A stretch of 64,000 bases of DNA from Eledone cirrhosa (GCA_964016885.1 OZ024747.1:47430001-47494000); one strand, 5' to 3'. Positions 39,201 through 51,906 are shown, counted from the stretch's first letter. The notes: a model not told the origin generated them from the sequence alone. Made by a program: numbers and translations.

Positions 39201-39451
39201 CCGATTCCTATAGGCTCTACTTGCCGGCAAGGACAAGTTGAGCTTCCAGTAACCGGGGCCCTGTCTATGCGTTCTATCAAGGTTGACCATGCAGGTCACC
39301 AACTTGTGGTCTGAATAGCCAACCATGAGCATTTCTGGACAACTTAAAAAGTCCCTGTCCTTATTTCTAACTAAAAATCTATCTAGGTACGATCTAGATG
39401 ATCCGCTGCGATTTGACCAAGACCAGGTTGGCACCGTCGGAAAATCTAGTC

Positions 39452-39455
<4 letters not shown>
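36285..39455 (-). mobile_element. Second copy of the Tx1/L1 family, 5'-truncated within the endonuclease domain
   Basis: ORF 36549-39434 is nearly identical to ORF2 above. (GATA)n on both sides (36269-36284, 39456-39529). Confidence 0.92.
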
Positions 39456-39530
<75 letters not shown>

Positions 39531-40185
39531 TTAGATTCACATTGGTCCCGATCAAAGGCATTCCAAATATGAACTTTTTAGAGATATCTACGGTTTTATT
39601 ATTTAGTGTGACCTTCATTTTTAAGACGACAAGAAACGATTTAAGAGATATTTTGACTGCTACATTTACGAAATCGAGCGGAGACAACCGCGAGCTGGCC
39701 TGATATTTGAAGAATAGTATAGCCTTATGGAAATTAGAATATTTCAGTTTTCGCTTTAAATGTCAGAAAATGTAAAAACAAAACCTTGTAAAGGAGAGGT
39801 CTCAACTGCATCAACCTCGTAAAAAATCGATATTTCACCAGTAGACTATTACTCTCATATAATCGATTATATACACCACCCCTTACAAAACTAAACCGCC
39901 TTTCTGTTTAGTCAAAAGAAACTTTAAGACATAAATGAGAGTTGAAAAGTGTCACAAAGATAGCGATGTCTGGCTGTGTTTATAAATGTGTTTCCATGAA
40001 TACACAATGAATATACATTATGCTTCAAAGTTTTCTTATTTTCACATTGTAATATTTCTTTTTTATATATATATATTTATATTCAAATTTTATCATTTTT
40101 CATATAAATTTCTTAGTTTCCGTTAGCTATTAAAAATATGAAGTGTAAACACACATACAAACATACATACATATATACACACCTG

Positions 40186-40219
<34 letters not shown>

Positions 40220-40221
40220 CT

Positions 40222-40318
<97 letters not shown>

Positions 40319-40432
40319 ATGAAGTACAAATCAACAGGTTATAATTATATATATATATATATAACAAAGGAATTGTGGTAAGGAACCACTTTTTCCTATA
40401 TATATATACATATATAATTATATGCTTGTATT

Positions 40433-40482
<50 letters not shown>

Positions 40483-40490
40483 TATGCTTG

Positions 40491-40528
<38 letters not shown>

Positions 40529-40542
40529 TATGCTTGTATATG

Positions 40543-40614
<72 letters not shown>

Positions 40615-40897
40615 TATATATATACGCTTCTATTAGCGTTAAGTGCTTATAACTTTAATGCATATATTTAACCTTTAAGGAACCAATTATAATTTTGAAT
40701 GGAATTTCTTATATCTATAGATCTACACATATACGCGCACACACATACATGCGTATATATATATATACATACATTACATGCATACATTTCAGACAGATGT
40801 GCGTGAATGTTATATATATATATATATATATTCATACTTATATATATGTGTGTGTGCGTGCGTATGTATATATATATATATATGTGTGTGTATATAC

Positions 40898-41270
<373 letters not shown>

Positions 41271-41320
41271 AAGTACATACATACATACATATATACATAC
41301 AAACATTACATACATACATA

Positions 41321-42141
41321 CATGATGGCTGCCCCCTAGTTATCGAGTATGGCCATTGCACGATATACCATTATTAATAATTATTAATTAATTCTATCGT
41401 GCAATGCCTGTGCTTGAAGCTATTTTTTAAAGTGAGGAAAGACTGTGCACTGAGCCAATCCCACTCTCTGAGCGACAGTAGCTATAACCCGAAAAGAAGA
41501 AAAGATCAACATCATCGGCAACTACTGAGCCGCAGGCTTTATATCGGAGTTATCCCAGTTTCCTGAGTTGCCTTCTCCTAGAACAAAGGTTCTCATCGGG
41601 GGTCATATGCCCCCCCCCCCCCGAGCAGGGGGGGGGGGGCGTTTGAAGCTTTGGGGGCGCTAGAGGGGCGCTGGAAGCCCCTTTAGTTTGGTAAGTTTTA
41701 TAAGTCATATTTGTACGTCTCTTAGGCAGCCAGTGTGAATGCATTTGAATGAAGAAAACGAAGAAAATAAAAGAAGCTTGTCAACGAATTCCCTAGGGAG
41801 ATAAAAGAAAAACAAAAGAAATCAAAGAAAATGAACATAAGGCCGTCAACTTTGACAACAGTTACAAGAACAACGTCAACAGAAATGACAACAAAAACAA
41901 GCAATGGTGATGAAAGGTGTGGGTATCTACATATACATACATATGAACATACACACACATGCATATGTACATACATACATACATACATACATACATACAT
42001 ACATACACACAAATATATACACACACAGGCCTGCGTTAGTGTTTGATGAGGTTGACGACCCGACCATGAGACAGGTTGTACTGGGATACATGTTACCAGT
42101 AGCACCAACATGTTACCAGTAGCACCAACTGGTGACCTGAC
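41321..42141 (-). mobile_element. Non-autonomous RTE derivative (3' tail and 5' UTR part at 41321-41600; 5' end at 42027-42141), flanked by (TACA)n
   Basis: Matches 12446-12683, 46060-46245 and 48197-48262. Whether the two ends form one element is inferred. Confidence 0.55.
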
Positions 42142-42156
42142 ATACATACATACATA

Positions 42157-42223
42157 CATGATGGCTGCCCCCTCGTTATCGAGTATGGCCATTGCACAAT
42201 AAAAAAAAAAAAAAAAAAAAAAA

Positions 42224-42278
<55 letters not shown>

Positions 42279-42357
42279 GCAATAATAATAATAACGACAA
42301 CAACAATAATAATATACATATTCATATATATATACACACACACGCACGCACATAAGC

Positions 42358-42397
<40 letters not shown>

Positions 42398-45300
42398 GAT
42401 AGCAACTAACAGTGCTGCGATCGAATGTGGCTTTTTAGCCCAGCCAATGATCCAAAATGTCTTGCACAGAGTCGGCAACCAAAACATTTACTGGGAATAG
42501 TCGGCTGTGGTTGGAGTTCGTGTACTTTTGCATGTCGCTTGAGTCCTCCTGCTGATTTACATTCTCTACCACATGTTTGGCAAGCATGATGAGTAGCATC
42601 TCCAACAGCAGCCTGGTAGTCAACCACTGGTCTTACTTTATGACTGCGAAGATGACTTTCGAGTCCAGCTTTGCTTAGGCAGAGTCTCGCACAGACGCTG
42701 CATGTCAGAAACATAGGAGGACCCTCGCCGTCTGGAAGTGCAACAGCAATACCCTTCCTCACGTCCCGCTTTACTTTCTCGTGTGCGATTCGAGATGCCT
42801 CAAAGGCAACTTTTCCCTCATATACAGTCTTTCTCCATTTATTACGATCAGCAGCAATATTTTCCCATGTATCAGCAGAGATGTTAGCGTCTTTCAGAGA
42901 GGCCTTCAAGGAATCCTTATACCTCTTTTTTGGTTTATGTGGCGGTCGTTTTCCTTTAACCAACTCTCCATAGAAGAGTTGTTTTGGTATTCTAGAATCC
43001 TTCATCCTGGCAAGGTGACCACTCCAACGGAGTCGCTGCTTAAGCACAAGAGCTTCTATACTGTCACACATAGAGCTTTCCAAAATCTCGACATCACTGA
43101 TGTGGTCCCTCCAGCGAACGCCATGTATCCGTCTGAGACACATCTGATGGAAACGCTCCAATTGCTTAAGGTGGCGTCGATATGTGACCCAGGTCTCGCA
43201 GGCATAAAGAAGACAAGAGAGTACACATGCCCTGTACACCTTTACCTTTGTCCTCCTGCATATGTCTCGCCGACCCCAGAGTCGCCTTTCTAGCTTTCCG
43301 AAAGCATCACTTGCTTTCCTAATCCTAAGTGAGATTTCACTGTCAAGGTTGCCGTATCGATTGACAGTGCTTCCCAGGTAGACAAACTGATCAACCACTC
43401 CAAGTCGTCTGCCATACACATAGATGTTTGGTTCAGTGTACTGCCTACCAGGTGCAGGTTGGTACATGACGACGGTTTTCTTGAGACTGACAGTCAAACC
43501 CAGGGCAGTGCAAGCGTCAGAAAATACATTCAAAATGTGCTGCATATCACTCTCTGTGTGCGCTACAAGATCGCAATCATCTGCATACAAGAGGTCTCTT
43601 ATGACTGATGTAAATACTTTTGTCTTCGCAGCAAAGCGCCTGATGTTAAATATGCTGCCTGAGGTTCGATATCGGATGTAAACACCATGCTCGCAATTCC
43701 TGAATGCAATACAGAAAACCATTGCAAAGTATATGGCAAACAGGGTCGGTGCTGGAATATCCCCCTGTTTCACTCCATTTTTTACTGAGATAGGCTCCGA
43801 CATGTTACCTCCGACATTAACCCAAGCCTTCATGTCGTCATGGAAAGACCTAACTAAAGCAAGGAACTTATCAGGGCAACCAAGTTTCTGGAGAACCTTC
43901 CATAATGCATCTCTGTTGACAGTATCGAAAGCCTTTGTCAGATCGACAAAAACCTGATACAGATCCAAGCCCTGTTCAATGCACTTCTCCTGGAGCTGTC
44001 CAGCTGAGAAGATCATATCAGTAGTGCCGCGTCCAACACGAAAACCAGATTGACTTTCAGGAAGGACACAATCTGCAATGTGTGTCAGCAGACGGTCCAG
44101 AAGCACCCTACATAAAACTTTCCCCACGACAGAAAGCAATGATATACCTCTGTAGTTCCCACAATCATTCCTGTTACCCTTTCCCTTGTACAAGACCACC
44201 ATTACTGCATCTCTCCAGTCCTCAGGCACGGATTCATTAGCCCATATCCCTCCAAACAGAGAGTGAAGATGTTGCAGGAGTCTCTCACCACCATATTGTA
44301 GGAGCTCAGCATGTATGCCATCCATACCTGGAGATCTTCCACTGTTCAGCTTCGAAATAGCCACTGCAACCTCCACAAGTGTCGGAGGCTCTGCGAGAGC
44401 TACTTTCACAGGACTTTCCGGAATGAGATTGAGGAAATCTTCACTGACGACAGACGGCTGATTCAAAAGATCATCAAAGTGCTCCCGCCACCTTCGTAGA
44501 ATTCCCTGTGAGTCACGAAGAAGTTCTTTGCCATCCTTGCTGCGAATCGGTGTCACCAGAGAAGAAGACGGTCCATAAACCTCACGCAAGAGACTGTACA
44601 ACAGCTTTGTGTTATTGCAATCAGACGCAGTTTGTATCTCACCAGCCTTCTCACTCCACCACTGATCCTTCATCTGAGAAAGACTCCGCCTAACACGTGA
44701 TTTTACATCCCTGAGCTCCTCATGCAACGTATTCCTCTCCTGTGGTCTTGCCGTCAAGTAGCGTGACAGAGCGCGCCTCTTATCAGCCAACAAGTCATCT
44801 ATATGCACATCTTTCTCATTAAACCAGTCCTGATGTTTTCTCTGCACCAATCCCAGAACACGTCTGCCTACATCATAAACCGACTTTTTAAGGGTCGGCC
44901 AATCCTCACCAAGATCTGCAGCCTGCATCTCTTCTTCCAATGTCCTCTTCACATTTTTATCCTTAAGACGAGCAGCATTCAATCTTTTGGGCAGGGTAAC
45001 ACCAGGAGCCCGGATTTTACGTTTGGTGATTAGATTCACTTTTGCGCGTACCAGGCGGTGGTCCGTCCAGCACTCAGCTCCACGAAGAACACGAACACAC
45101 CGCACATCCTGTCTGTCACGCATCCTGACTAGGACGTAGTCCAAAAGATGCCATTCCTTAGATGCAGGATGCATCCATGTGGTCTTGAATTTGTTCTTTT
45201 GTTGGAACATGGTGTTGGTAACACACAGATCCAGCTCCTCACACATCTGCAGCAAGAGCATACCATTGCTGTTACACTTTCCCACCCCATGCCTTCCGAT

Positions 45301-45960
45301 TACATTCCATGTGTTAAAATCCCTACCCACTCTAGCATTAAAGTCACCAAGCACGATGACTTTGTCTGCCTGAGGGATATTTCTTAAAACACCTTTCAAG
45401 GCATGGTAAAAGGACAGTTTTTCTTCATCGACAGAATTCATAGTTGGAGCATACACACTCACCAGGGTAGCATATCTTCCCTTGTCCAGCGGAACTCTCA
45501 TGGACATAAGACGCTCACTAATCCCCACTGGGAATTCTTCCAATTTATTCACCAGTACAGTCTTAACAGCAAATCCCACCCCAGCCTCTCTTCTGGTTCC
45601 TTCATCTCTTCCTTTCCAGAAGAATGTATATTCTCCACAAAATTCCGTAAGATGACCATCTCCAGCTAACCTCGTCTCAGACAAAGCCACGATGTCAAGA
45701 TCGTAACGTCGAAGCTCCTTCGCAACAAGAGCGGTCCTTCGTTCAGGACGCTCCAAAGAATCCCTGTCAAGCAGCGTCCGTACGTTCCAGCAGCCAAGAC
45801 TAAATGCCCTGTTTGGCTCTATTACAATGGCACGATGACGGGCGGGCCCAGGTTGTGATAACTTGGGGCCCCTGCCCTTATTGCCAATGATCTTTTTTGT
45901 TCCAGAACCCAAATTGGCAATTATCTCGTTTACATTGTTCTGGAACATCATTGAATTGGG

Positions 45961-45994
<34 letters not shown>

Positions 45995-46336
45995 TAATAA
46001 TAGTAATAACAATAATAATAATAATAATAATACTACACTATTAATAATTATTAATGCACTCGTGCAATGCCTGTGCGTGACGAATATTTTTAAAGTGAGG
46101 AAAGACTGTGCACTGAACCAATCCCACTCTCTGAGCGACAGTAGCTATAACCCGAAAAGAAGAAAAGATCAACATCATCGGTAACTACTGAGCCGCAGGT
46201 TTTATATCGGAGTTAACCCAGTTTCCTGAGATGCCTTCTCCTAGAAGAATACCCTGACATGGGCTAGGGGTTCTTCACTCCCAGTGGTTTAACTGCGCGA
46301 TCGGGCATCCAGCCCGATTATTTCTATGTCCCCGCG
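42157..46336 (-). mobile_element. RTE-clade LINE, near full length, with microsatellites in both UTRs
   Basis: Single ORF 42406-45951. Upstream UTR-like segment 46040-46336. RTE-like 3' tail CTCGATAACGAGGGGGCAGCC followed by (ATGT)n. Confidence 0.75.
42406..45951 (-). CDS. RTE polyprotein: APE endonuclease, RT and three C-terminal C2H2 zinc fingers (uninterrupted; start codon uncertain)
   Basis: WNVRTL, LSETR, VYAPT, GDFNA, TDH; YRGISLL, DLTKAFD, GVKQG, YADD, YLGS; CSVC..HLRSH, CQTC..HAKVH, CRLC..HIRSQH. Confidence 0.93.
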   Translation of the reverse strand: MMFQNNVNEIIANLGSGTKKIIGNKGRGPKLSQPGPARHRAIVIEPNRAFSLGCWNVRTLLDRDSLERPERRTALVAKELRRYDLDIVALSETRLAGDGHLTEFCGEYTFFWKGRDEGTRREAGVGFAVKTVLVNKLEEFPVGISERLMSMRVPLDKGRYATLVSVYAPTMNSVDEEKLSFYHALKGVLRNIPQADKVIVLGDFNARVGRDFNTWNVIGRHGVGKCNSNGMLLLQMCEELDLCVTNTMFQQKNKFKTTWMHPASKEWHLLDYVLVRMRDRQDVRCVRVLRGAECWTDHRLVRAKVNLITKRKIRAPGVTLPKRLNAARLKDKNVKRTLEEEMQAADLGEDWPTLKKSVYDVGRRVLGLVQRKHQDWFNEKDVHIDDLLADKRRALSRYLTARPQERNTLHEELRDVKSRVRRSLSQMKDQWWSEKAGEIQTASDCNNTKLLYSLLREVYGPSSSLVTPIRSKDGKELLRDSQGILRRWREHFDDLLNQPSVVSEDFLNLIPESPVKVALAEPPTLVEVAVAISKLNSGRSPGMDGIHAELLQYGGERLLQHLHSLFGGIWANESVPEDWRDAVMVVLYKGKGNRNDCGNYRGISLLSVVGKVLCRVLLDRLLTHIADCVLPESQSGFRVGRGTTDMIFSAGQLQEKCIEQGLDLYQVFVDLTKAFDTVNRDALWKVLQKLGCPDKFLALVRSFHDDMKAWVNVGGNMSEPISVKNGVKQGDIPAPTLFAIYFAMVFCIAFRNCEHGVYIRYRTSGSIFNIRRFAAKTKVFTSVIRDLLYADDCDLVAHTESDMQHILNVFSDACTALGLTVSLKKTVVMYQPAPGRQYTEPNIYVYGRRLGVVDQFVYLGSTVNRYGNLDSEISLRIRKASDAFGKLERRLWGRRDICRRTKVKVYRACVLSCLLYACETWVTYRRHLKQLERFHQMCLRRIHGVRWRDHISDVEILESSMCDSIEALVLKQRLRWSGHLARMKDSRIPKQLFYGELVKGKRPPHKPKKRYKDSLKASLKDANISADTWENIAADRNKWRKTVYEGKVAFEASRIAHEKVKRDVRKGIAVALPDGEGPPMFLTCSVCARLCLSKAGLESHLRSHKVRPVVDYQAAVGDATHHACQTCGRECKSAGGLKRHAKVHELQPQPTIPSKCFGCRLCARHFGSLAGLKSHIRSQHC

Positions 46337-46784
46337 CAAAAAAAAAAAAAAAAAAAAAAAAAAAATTACTTATTGACACTTATACGTACGACATACACAC
46401 ACACGCATACATATGCGTGCACACAGCAACACTCACACACACAACAAACACACACACACGCTACTCTACTCACTTACACGCACACACACACATATATATA
46501 TATATATTACCGTCATTACTGATACAAGATTACCAGATTATGTCAACTGTTGACTTTCAAGAGTTTGTATAGTTGAAGCCGATCGTATTACAGTCCAGTA
46601 TTACTATAATTGCTTTACAGCATAGAGTTATGGCTCTCCACGGAGTCAACAAAAGAGAGTACCAGTGATGCGCTGGCCAGTCGCTGGATCCGTGCCAAAA
46701 GCAGAAAAATTATTATTAAATACATACATACATACATACATACATACATACATACATACATACATACATACATACATACATACA

Positions 46785-47610
46785 ATTTACAGAGAAAGTT
46801 GTGCATGGGTACTTGAGACGAAAACCACAAACCATAGAGGGGATAAATCATTCAAAAAGCTTGGCATGAAGTTCCGACAAGTTTTTTGACATCCCACCTT
46901 GAAAGATATCTCTATGCAATACAGGAACAAGAAATCCCTACCAAATATCTGCTACACAAAAGAGGAGGGCCATCAGTTGACAATAAATGTAGGCTTTGTA
47001 AAACAAAGATCAAAGTTATTAGCCACATTGTTGCCAACTGCGAAAGAATGTCGTCTCGCTACTACCTTCCTATGAGAAACGATGTGATAGCTAGAACTAT
47101 CTGGAACACACTTAGGAATATGTTGAGATAGGTGGCACTAGAGAATACTGATGGAACCTGAAAATAAAAGCTGCCACCAAATTAAAACAGAACCTGCCAG
47201 ATATTGTTGTGTGGGACCACACATTGAAAACGTACTCTGTTGTGGAGATCAACTGCCCACTTGATGCCAACGTTGTAAGAAAAATACAAGAGAAGGAGGA
47301 CATCTACGAACTCTTGATGAGGAGTTTACAAATCCAGTATCCAAGATATACCTTCAGCTTCATACCCATCATTATTAGAGTTACAGGTTGTATACCAGCC
47401 CGCTTGGACCAAAGTATAACCGAACTTGGATTTGAGGACAAAGAACGCAGCTCCCTAATTCATAGACTACAAATGGCTGTGATATCTGGCACCTTCAAAA
47501 TTTGCAAAACATTCTTGCGATTCAAGCGATGACAATTTCTTTTCTTTTACAACCTTGCCACCAGGAAGGTGGCCGGTCAAAAATGTACTCGAAATTAAGA
47601 GAAAGAGAAA
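46785..47610 (+). pseudogene. R4/Dong family D, decayed 3' fragment in (TACA)n
   Basis: AIQEQEIPTKY, CRLCK..SHIVANC, VVEINCP. The 3' UTR matches 21740-21820. Confidence 0.85.
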
Positions 47611-47651
47611 CATACATACATACATACATACATACATACATACATACATAC

Positions 47652-48262
47652 ATGGTGGTGGCTGCCAACTCGTTTTCGAGTACGGCCACTACTTTATATC
47701 CATGTAGGAGAACCCCTATCGATGCGCTGAACGAGTATGACTTTTTAGTCCAGCCAGCGACTTGAAAACTCCGGTACAAACATTACACTTGTGACAATTA
47801 TTGACACATAGTGCCGGGCCCATGGTACCATGTGACGACAAGTGCAGAGAGATCTCCAGATATAAAGCAATGCCTGTACCGTGAAGCTTTTATAGTGAGC
47901 AAAGGCACTGCACAAAGCCAGTCCCACTCTCTTAACCAAGATTATATTTACCAAAAAGAAGAACAAGTCAACATCATTGGATACCATCAGGGTTGCAGGT
48001 GTTATATCAGAGTTTTCCTTCTCCTAGAATTCTGCCTTGACAAAGGCTAAGGGGTCATCTCTTCCGGTGATTTTGGATGGCCATTGACTCTAAAGAGCTC
48101 CTTTGCCCTTTGATAGGTTTTGTTTTTAGTCCTGCAGGATGTCCAAAGTCACCCTCTCACCAAGAAACCTTGGTGGGGTTGCCAGTTTAGTCGCCAACGA
48201 CCCGACCATGAGACAGGTTGTACTGGGATACATGTTACCAGTAGCACCAACTGGTGACCTGA
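47652..48262 (-). mobile_element. ~610-bp non-autonomous RTE-type element (5' UTR-like body and RTE-like 3' tail) with (TACA)n on both sides
   Basis: Tail GTGGCCGTACTCGAAAACGAGTTGGCAGCC. Body similar to 46060-46245. 5' end shared with 42056-42141. No ORF. Confidence 0.6.
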
Positions 48263-48296
48263 CATACATACATACATACATACATACATACATACA

Positions 48297-48328
<32 letters not shown>

Positions 48329-48979
48329 AATATAGAGATTCCGATCGGAGGGTCATAATGATCCACAGTAAAGAATGAACGCAATGTTACAGAATAACAT
48401 ATAATTCTTTCTTTACGTGCACTTGCACTGTCTAATAATGACGGCAATAGTGTTGAACGTAGTAATTTTCAGAGCCCTTCATTGGTATGCCTTATATAGC
48501 AGGGTTACCGAATATGTAAACAATCATACAAACTGGAAATATTTGTATTTTAATGAATTAACCTTCTAGTTTATGTTGGTTACTAGCACGTGGAAGTAAT
48601 TAAAGAGATGAATGACATTTTAATAATTTATTTTAAAATTGTAATTACACATAACATATATATAATAATATATAGAAACACACATGGCGTATTATTATGG
48701 TTTATACATTTATACATATTACATTATTATACATTCATACACACAGATGAAACCTACATGTTGCTCCAATCAATGCGATGATCTCTCTGATATAGGAGGA
48801 TTGACGCCGCAGGAGCCAGTGTTAGAAGACGGAGTTCGATCTCAGAAGGCAAAGTACTGTAACAAATACCACAATTAATCTCATAACAGTTTCACAAGTT
48901 ATCCGCATTGAAATGGTACGCTAGGTATCGACCCGCGTGATCTAAGTGGGATTTGAACTCAAAATGAGAGAACCGGTAT

Positions 48980-49015
<36 letters not shown>

Positions 49016-49016
49016 A

Positions 49017-49176
49017 AACGAAGGAAAAGTGGTAAGGAACCAGGTGGACCATAACGCACCAAAGTACTCAATACTTAGGGTAGTAGGGTGGGTAATAGGA
49101 ACAAGTAAGACCCCGACGGCTGAGCTCAAGCCGTCGAAACGGCTTGAGCTCAGCCGTCGGGGTCTTACTTGTTCCT
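49017..49176 (-). mobile_element. Fold-back element family Q copy
   Basis: Tail plus a palindrome centred on AAGCCGT-CGAA-ACGGCTT. Confidence 0.8.
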
Positions 49177-49603
49177 ATATATATATTTTTTTTTTTTTTT
49201 TTTTTTTGTTATGTTTAGTCAGGGAGGGAGGTGCAGTGCCCATGACCCTTTACGGTGCTTCCGAGACTGGTGAGACTGAAGGATGAAGGTGTACTCAAAC
49301 AGGAGATCTGGTACAATTCTTTGCAACAGAATGGACTTAACTAAAAGCACCCAAGTTCCAAATGGTGGTGCTAAACCAGGCAACAGATTAAGTCTAGTAG
49401 ACATCTAAGCCACAATAGATTTGAACGTCGAACGTAAAGAGTCGGAGCAAACACAGCAGATCATCTCGTTTGATCCCCTAACAATTCTTCCTATTGATTC
49501 TACTAGGGCGGTCATTTATTTGATCTACTCGAAAGGATGAAACAAAGCTGATCTCAGTGACTGACAATCATTGGCTGTGTGTCTGTGTGTGTGTGTGTCT
49601 GTG

Positions 49604-49655
<52 letters not shown>

Positions 49656-49755
49656 TGTGTGTGTGTGTGTGCGTGCGTGTGCGTGCGTGTGTGTGCGTGT
49701 ATGTTATGTGTATGTGTGTGTGTGTGTGTGTATGTATGTGTGTGTGTGTGTGTAT

Positions 49756-49834
<79 letters not shown>

Positions 49835-50542
49835 TGTGTGTGTATGTGTGTGTGTGCGTGTGTGCGTTGGCATTATGTGTGTACATATATCATGTGCGTG
49901 TGTGTGTTGGCATGATGTGTACGTGAGTGTATCATGTATGTTTACACTCACACAAACACACGTTCAGATACATACTTTGTTTCATAAGTCTTCAAAATTA
50001 TAGGGCGGTGTTCACCTCCATACCTCAATGTGATAAATGTGTGTCTTTCCGTGTCAGAACCTGTCACCATCCGTGTGATATCAAGGATATCACTATGATA
50101 AAAACAAATTTTAAAAAACTTCCATATGATGAACTGCTAAATTTGTGTAAACAAAAATGAAAACTCATCGATCGTCACAGGTAAGGATTCGTACAGAGCT
50201 GACAATGATGAAAGACGAAACCGACAGCAGTGACATCAAGCGGCAAGTCGAGGTAGCCAGTGTTGACAGCTAGTTTATAAATTTACCTGTTTATACGGAA
50301 ATTCACTTAACCATGGCTTATACATCAAATAATCACACAAATGCTCAAATGGACACACACACACATACACAATTGACAAATAAACAAATACATACATGGA
50401 GATTCACAAACGTGATGCTACACATATGCGCACCCGTCTATGAATTTATGCTTATATAATGTGTGTGCATAAGTACACACACACACACATATTTCGAAAC
50501 GGCCGGAGCTCTTTGGATTTTAGTCTTCAAATTTATTATTAT

Positions 50543-50583
<41 letters not shown>

Positions 50584-50787
50584 TAATTTAGCGAGAATCG
50601 CATTTCGGCGGGTAGAAATTAGCGAAACGCAACTTCCATATTGTGCTGACAAGCGCTCGATGGAACTGAAGAAGATACCAGAGCTATAAACATAAGTTAA
50701 AAAGGTCATACACGCTGAGACGATGGTTAAGAAGCCATTCACCACCATACCCAAAAAAGCGAACAGGCTAAAACGGGTCAAACAAAA

Positions 50788-50827
<40 letters not shown>

Positions 50828-50948
50828 ACAAACATAGAATATTCGAAAATATTCTGTATGTTTATAATAAACATTTTGAAGACCTAATCGCTATAGAATA
50901 ATATACGTCACGTATTACAATTTGAGATTCTCGATAAAAGCAAGGGAA

Positions 50949-50991
50949 GTAACCTACGCGTTTCATTCTTATTAGAAATCATCAGGATTAC
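50949..50991 (-). ncRNA. Minimal type I hammerhead ribozyme (P4)
   Basis: Reverse complement of 51216-51258. Confidence 0.8.
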
Positions 50992-51215
50992 ATATCCAAT
51001 GCTTTTATCGAGAACGACACAGCTAGAGACTTATAGAATACTTAGCTGTGTACAGGAACTGGTTTGAAAGAGCGGTAGCCGGTCCGGCAGAAATTAGAAT
51101 TTGGATTTAATGCTCTGAAATAGCGATATATATGTGAAGACAAACATAGAATATTCGAAAATATTCTGTATGTTTATAATAAACATTTTGAAGACCTAAT
51201 AAAAGCATTGGATAT

Positions 51216-51258
51216 GTAATCCTGATGATTTCTAATAAGAATGAAACGCGTAGGTTAC
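51216..51258 (+). ncRNA. Minimal type I hammerhead ribozyme (P4)
   Basis: gtaatc CTGATGA t ttct-aata-agaa t GAAA cgcg TA ggttac; GUA site after 51252. Confidence 0.82.
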
Positions 51259-51526
51259 TTCCTTGCTTTTATCGAGAATCTCAAATTGTAATACGTGACG
51301 TATTCTATTCTATAGCGATTAGGTCTTCAAAATGTTTATTATAAACATACAGAATATTTTCGAATATTCTATGTTTGTCTTCACATATATATCGCTATTT
51401 CAGAGCATTAAATCCAAATTCTAATTTCTGCCGGACCGGCTACCGCTCTTTCAAACCAGTTCCTGTACACAGCTAAGTATTCTATAAGTCTCTAGCTGTG
51501 TCGTTCTCGATAAAAGCATTGGATAT

Positions 51527-51569
51527 GTAATCCTGATGATTTCTAATAAGAATGAAACGCGTAGGTTAC
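51527..51569 (+). ncRNA. Minimal type I hammerhead ribozyme (P4)
   Basis: Identical motif; GUA site after 51563. Confidence 0.82.
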
Positions 51570-51906
51570 TTCCCTTGCTTTTATCGAGAATCTCAAATTG
51601 TAATACGTGACGTATTCTATTCTATAGCGATTAGGTCTTCAAAATGTTTATTATAAACATACAGAATATTTTCGAATATTCTATGTTTGTCTTCACATAT
51701 ATATCGCTATTTCAGAGCATTAAATCCAAAATATATATATATATATATATTATATTTTCTCGCAAAACCACAAACTCTCCATCTCAACTCTACTTTTGAA
51801 AAGCACAAGAACTGCGAAACCGGTAAAGGAACCAAATAAATATATTAAAAAAAAAAAGACTCCAGTTGCATTTTCGATTTCATCTTCTTTCCTTATATAT
51901 ATATAT

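Larger units (their letters stand above)
50826..51730. mobile_element. Tandem and inverted array of a ~311-bp hammerhead-containing unit (family P4; retrozyme/pLTR-like) in (TA)n
   Basis: ~1.2 units in minus orientation (50826-51200), then ~1.7 units in plus (51200-51730). Period 311-312. Confidence 0.85.

Noticed and set aside
30704-39213. Plus-strand ORFs overlapping the Tx1 copies (and antisense ORFs in Dong and RTE)
   Set aside because: Shadow frames of GC-richer coding sequence; they repeat only because the element is duplicated.
50826-51730. CRISPR-like or satellite interpretation of the repeated units
   Set aside because: Units are ~311 bp with no unique spacers, there are no cas genes and the context is eukaryotic.
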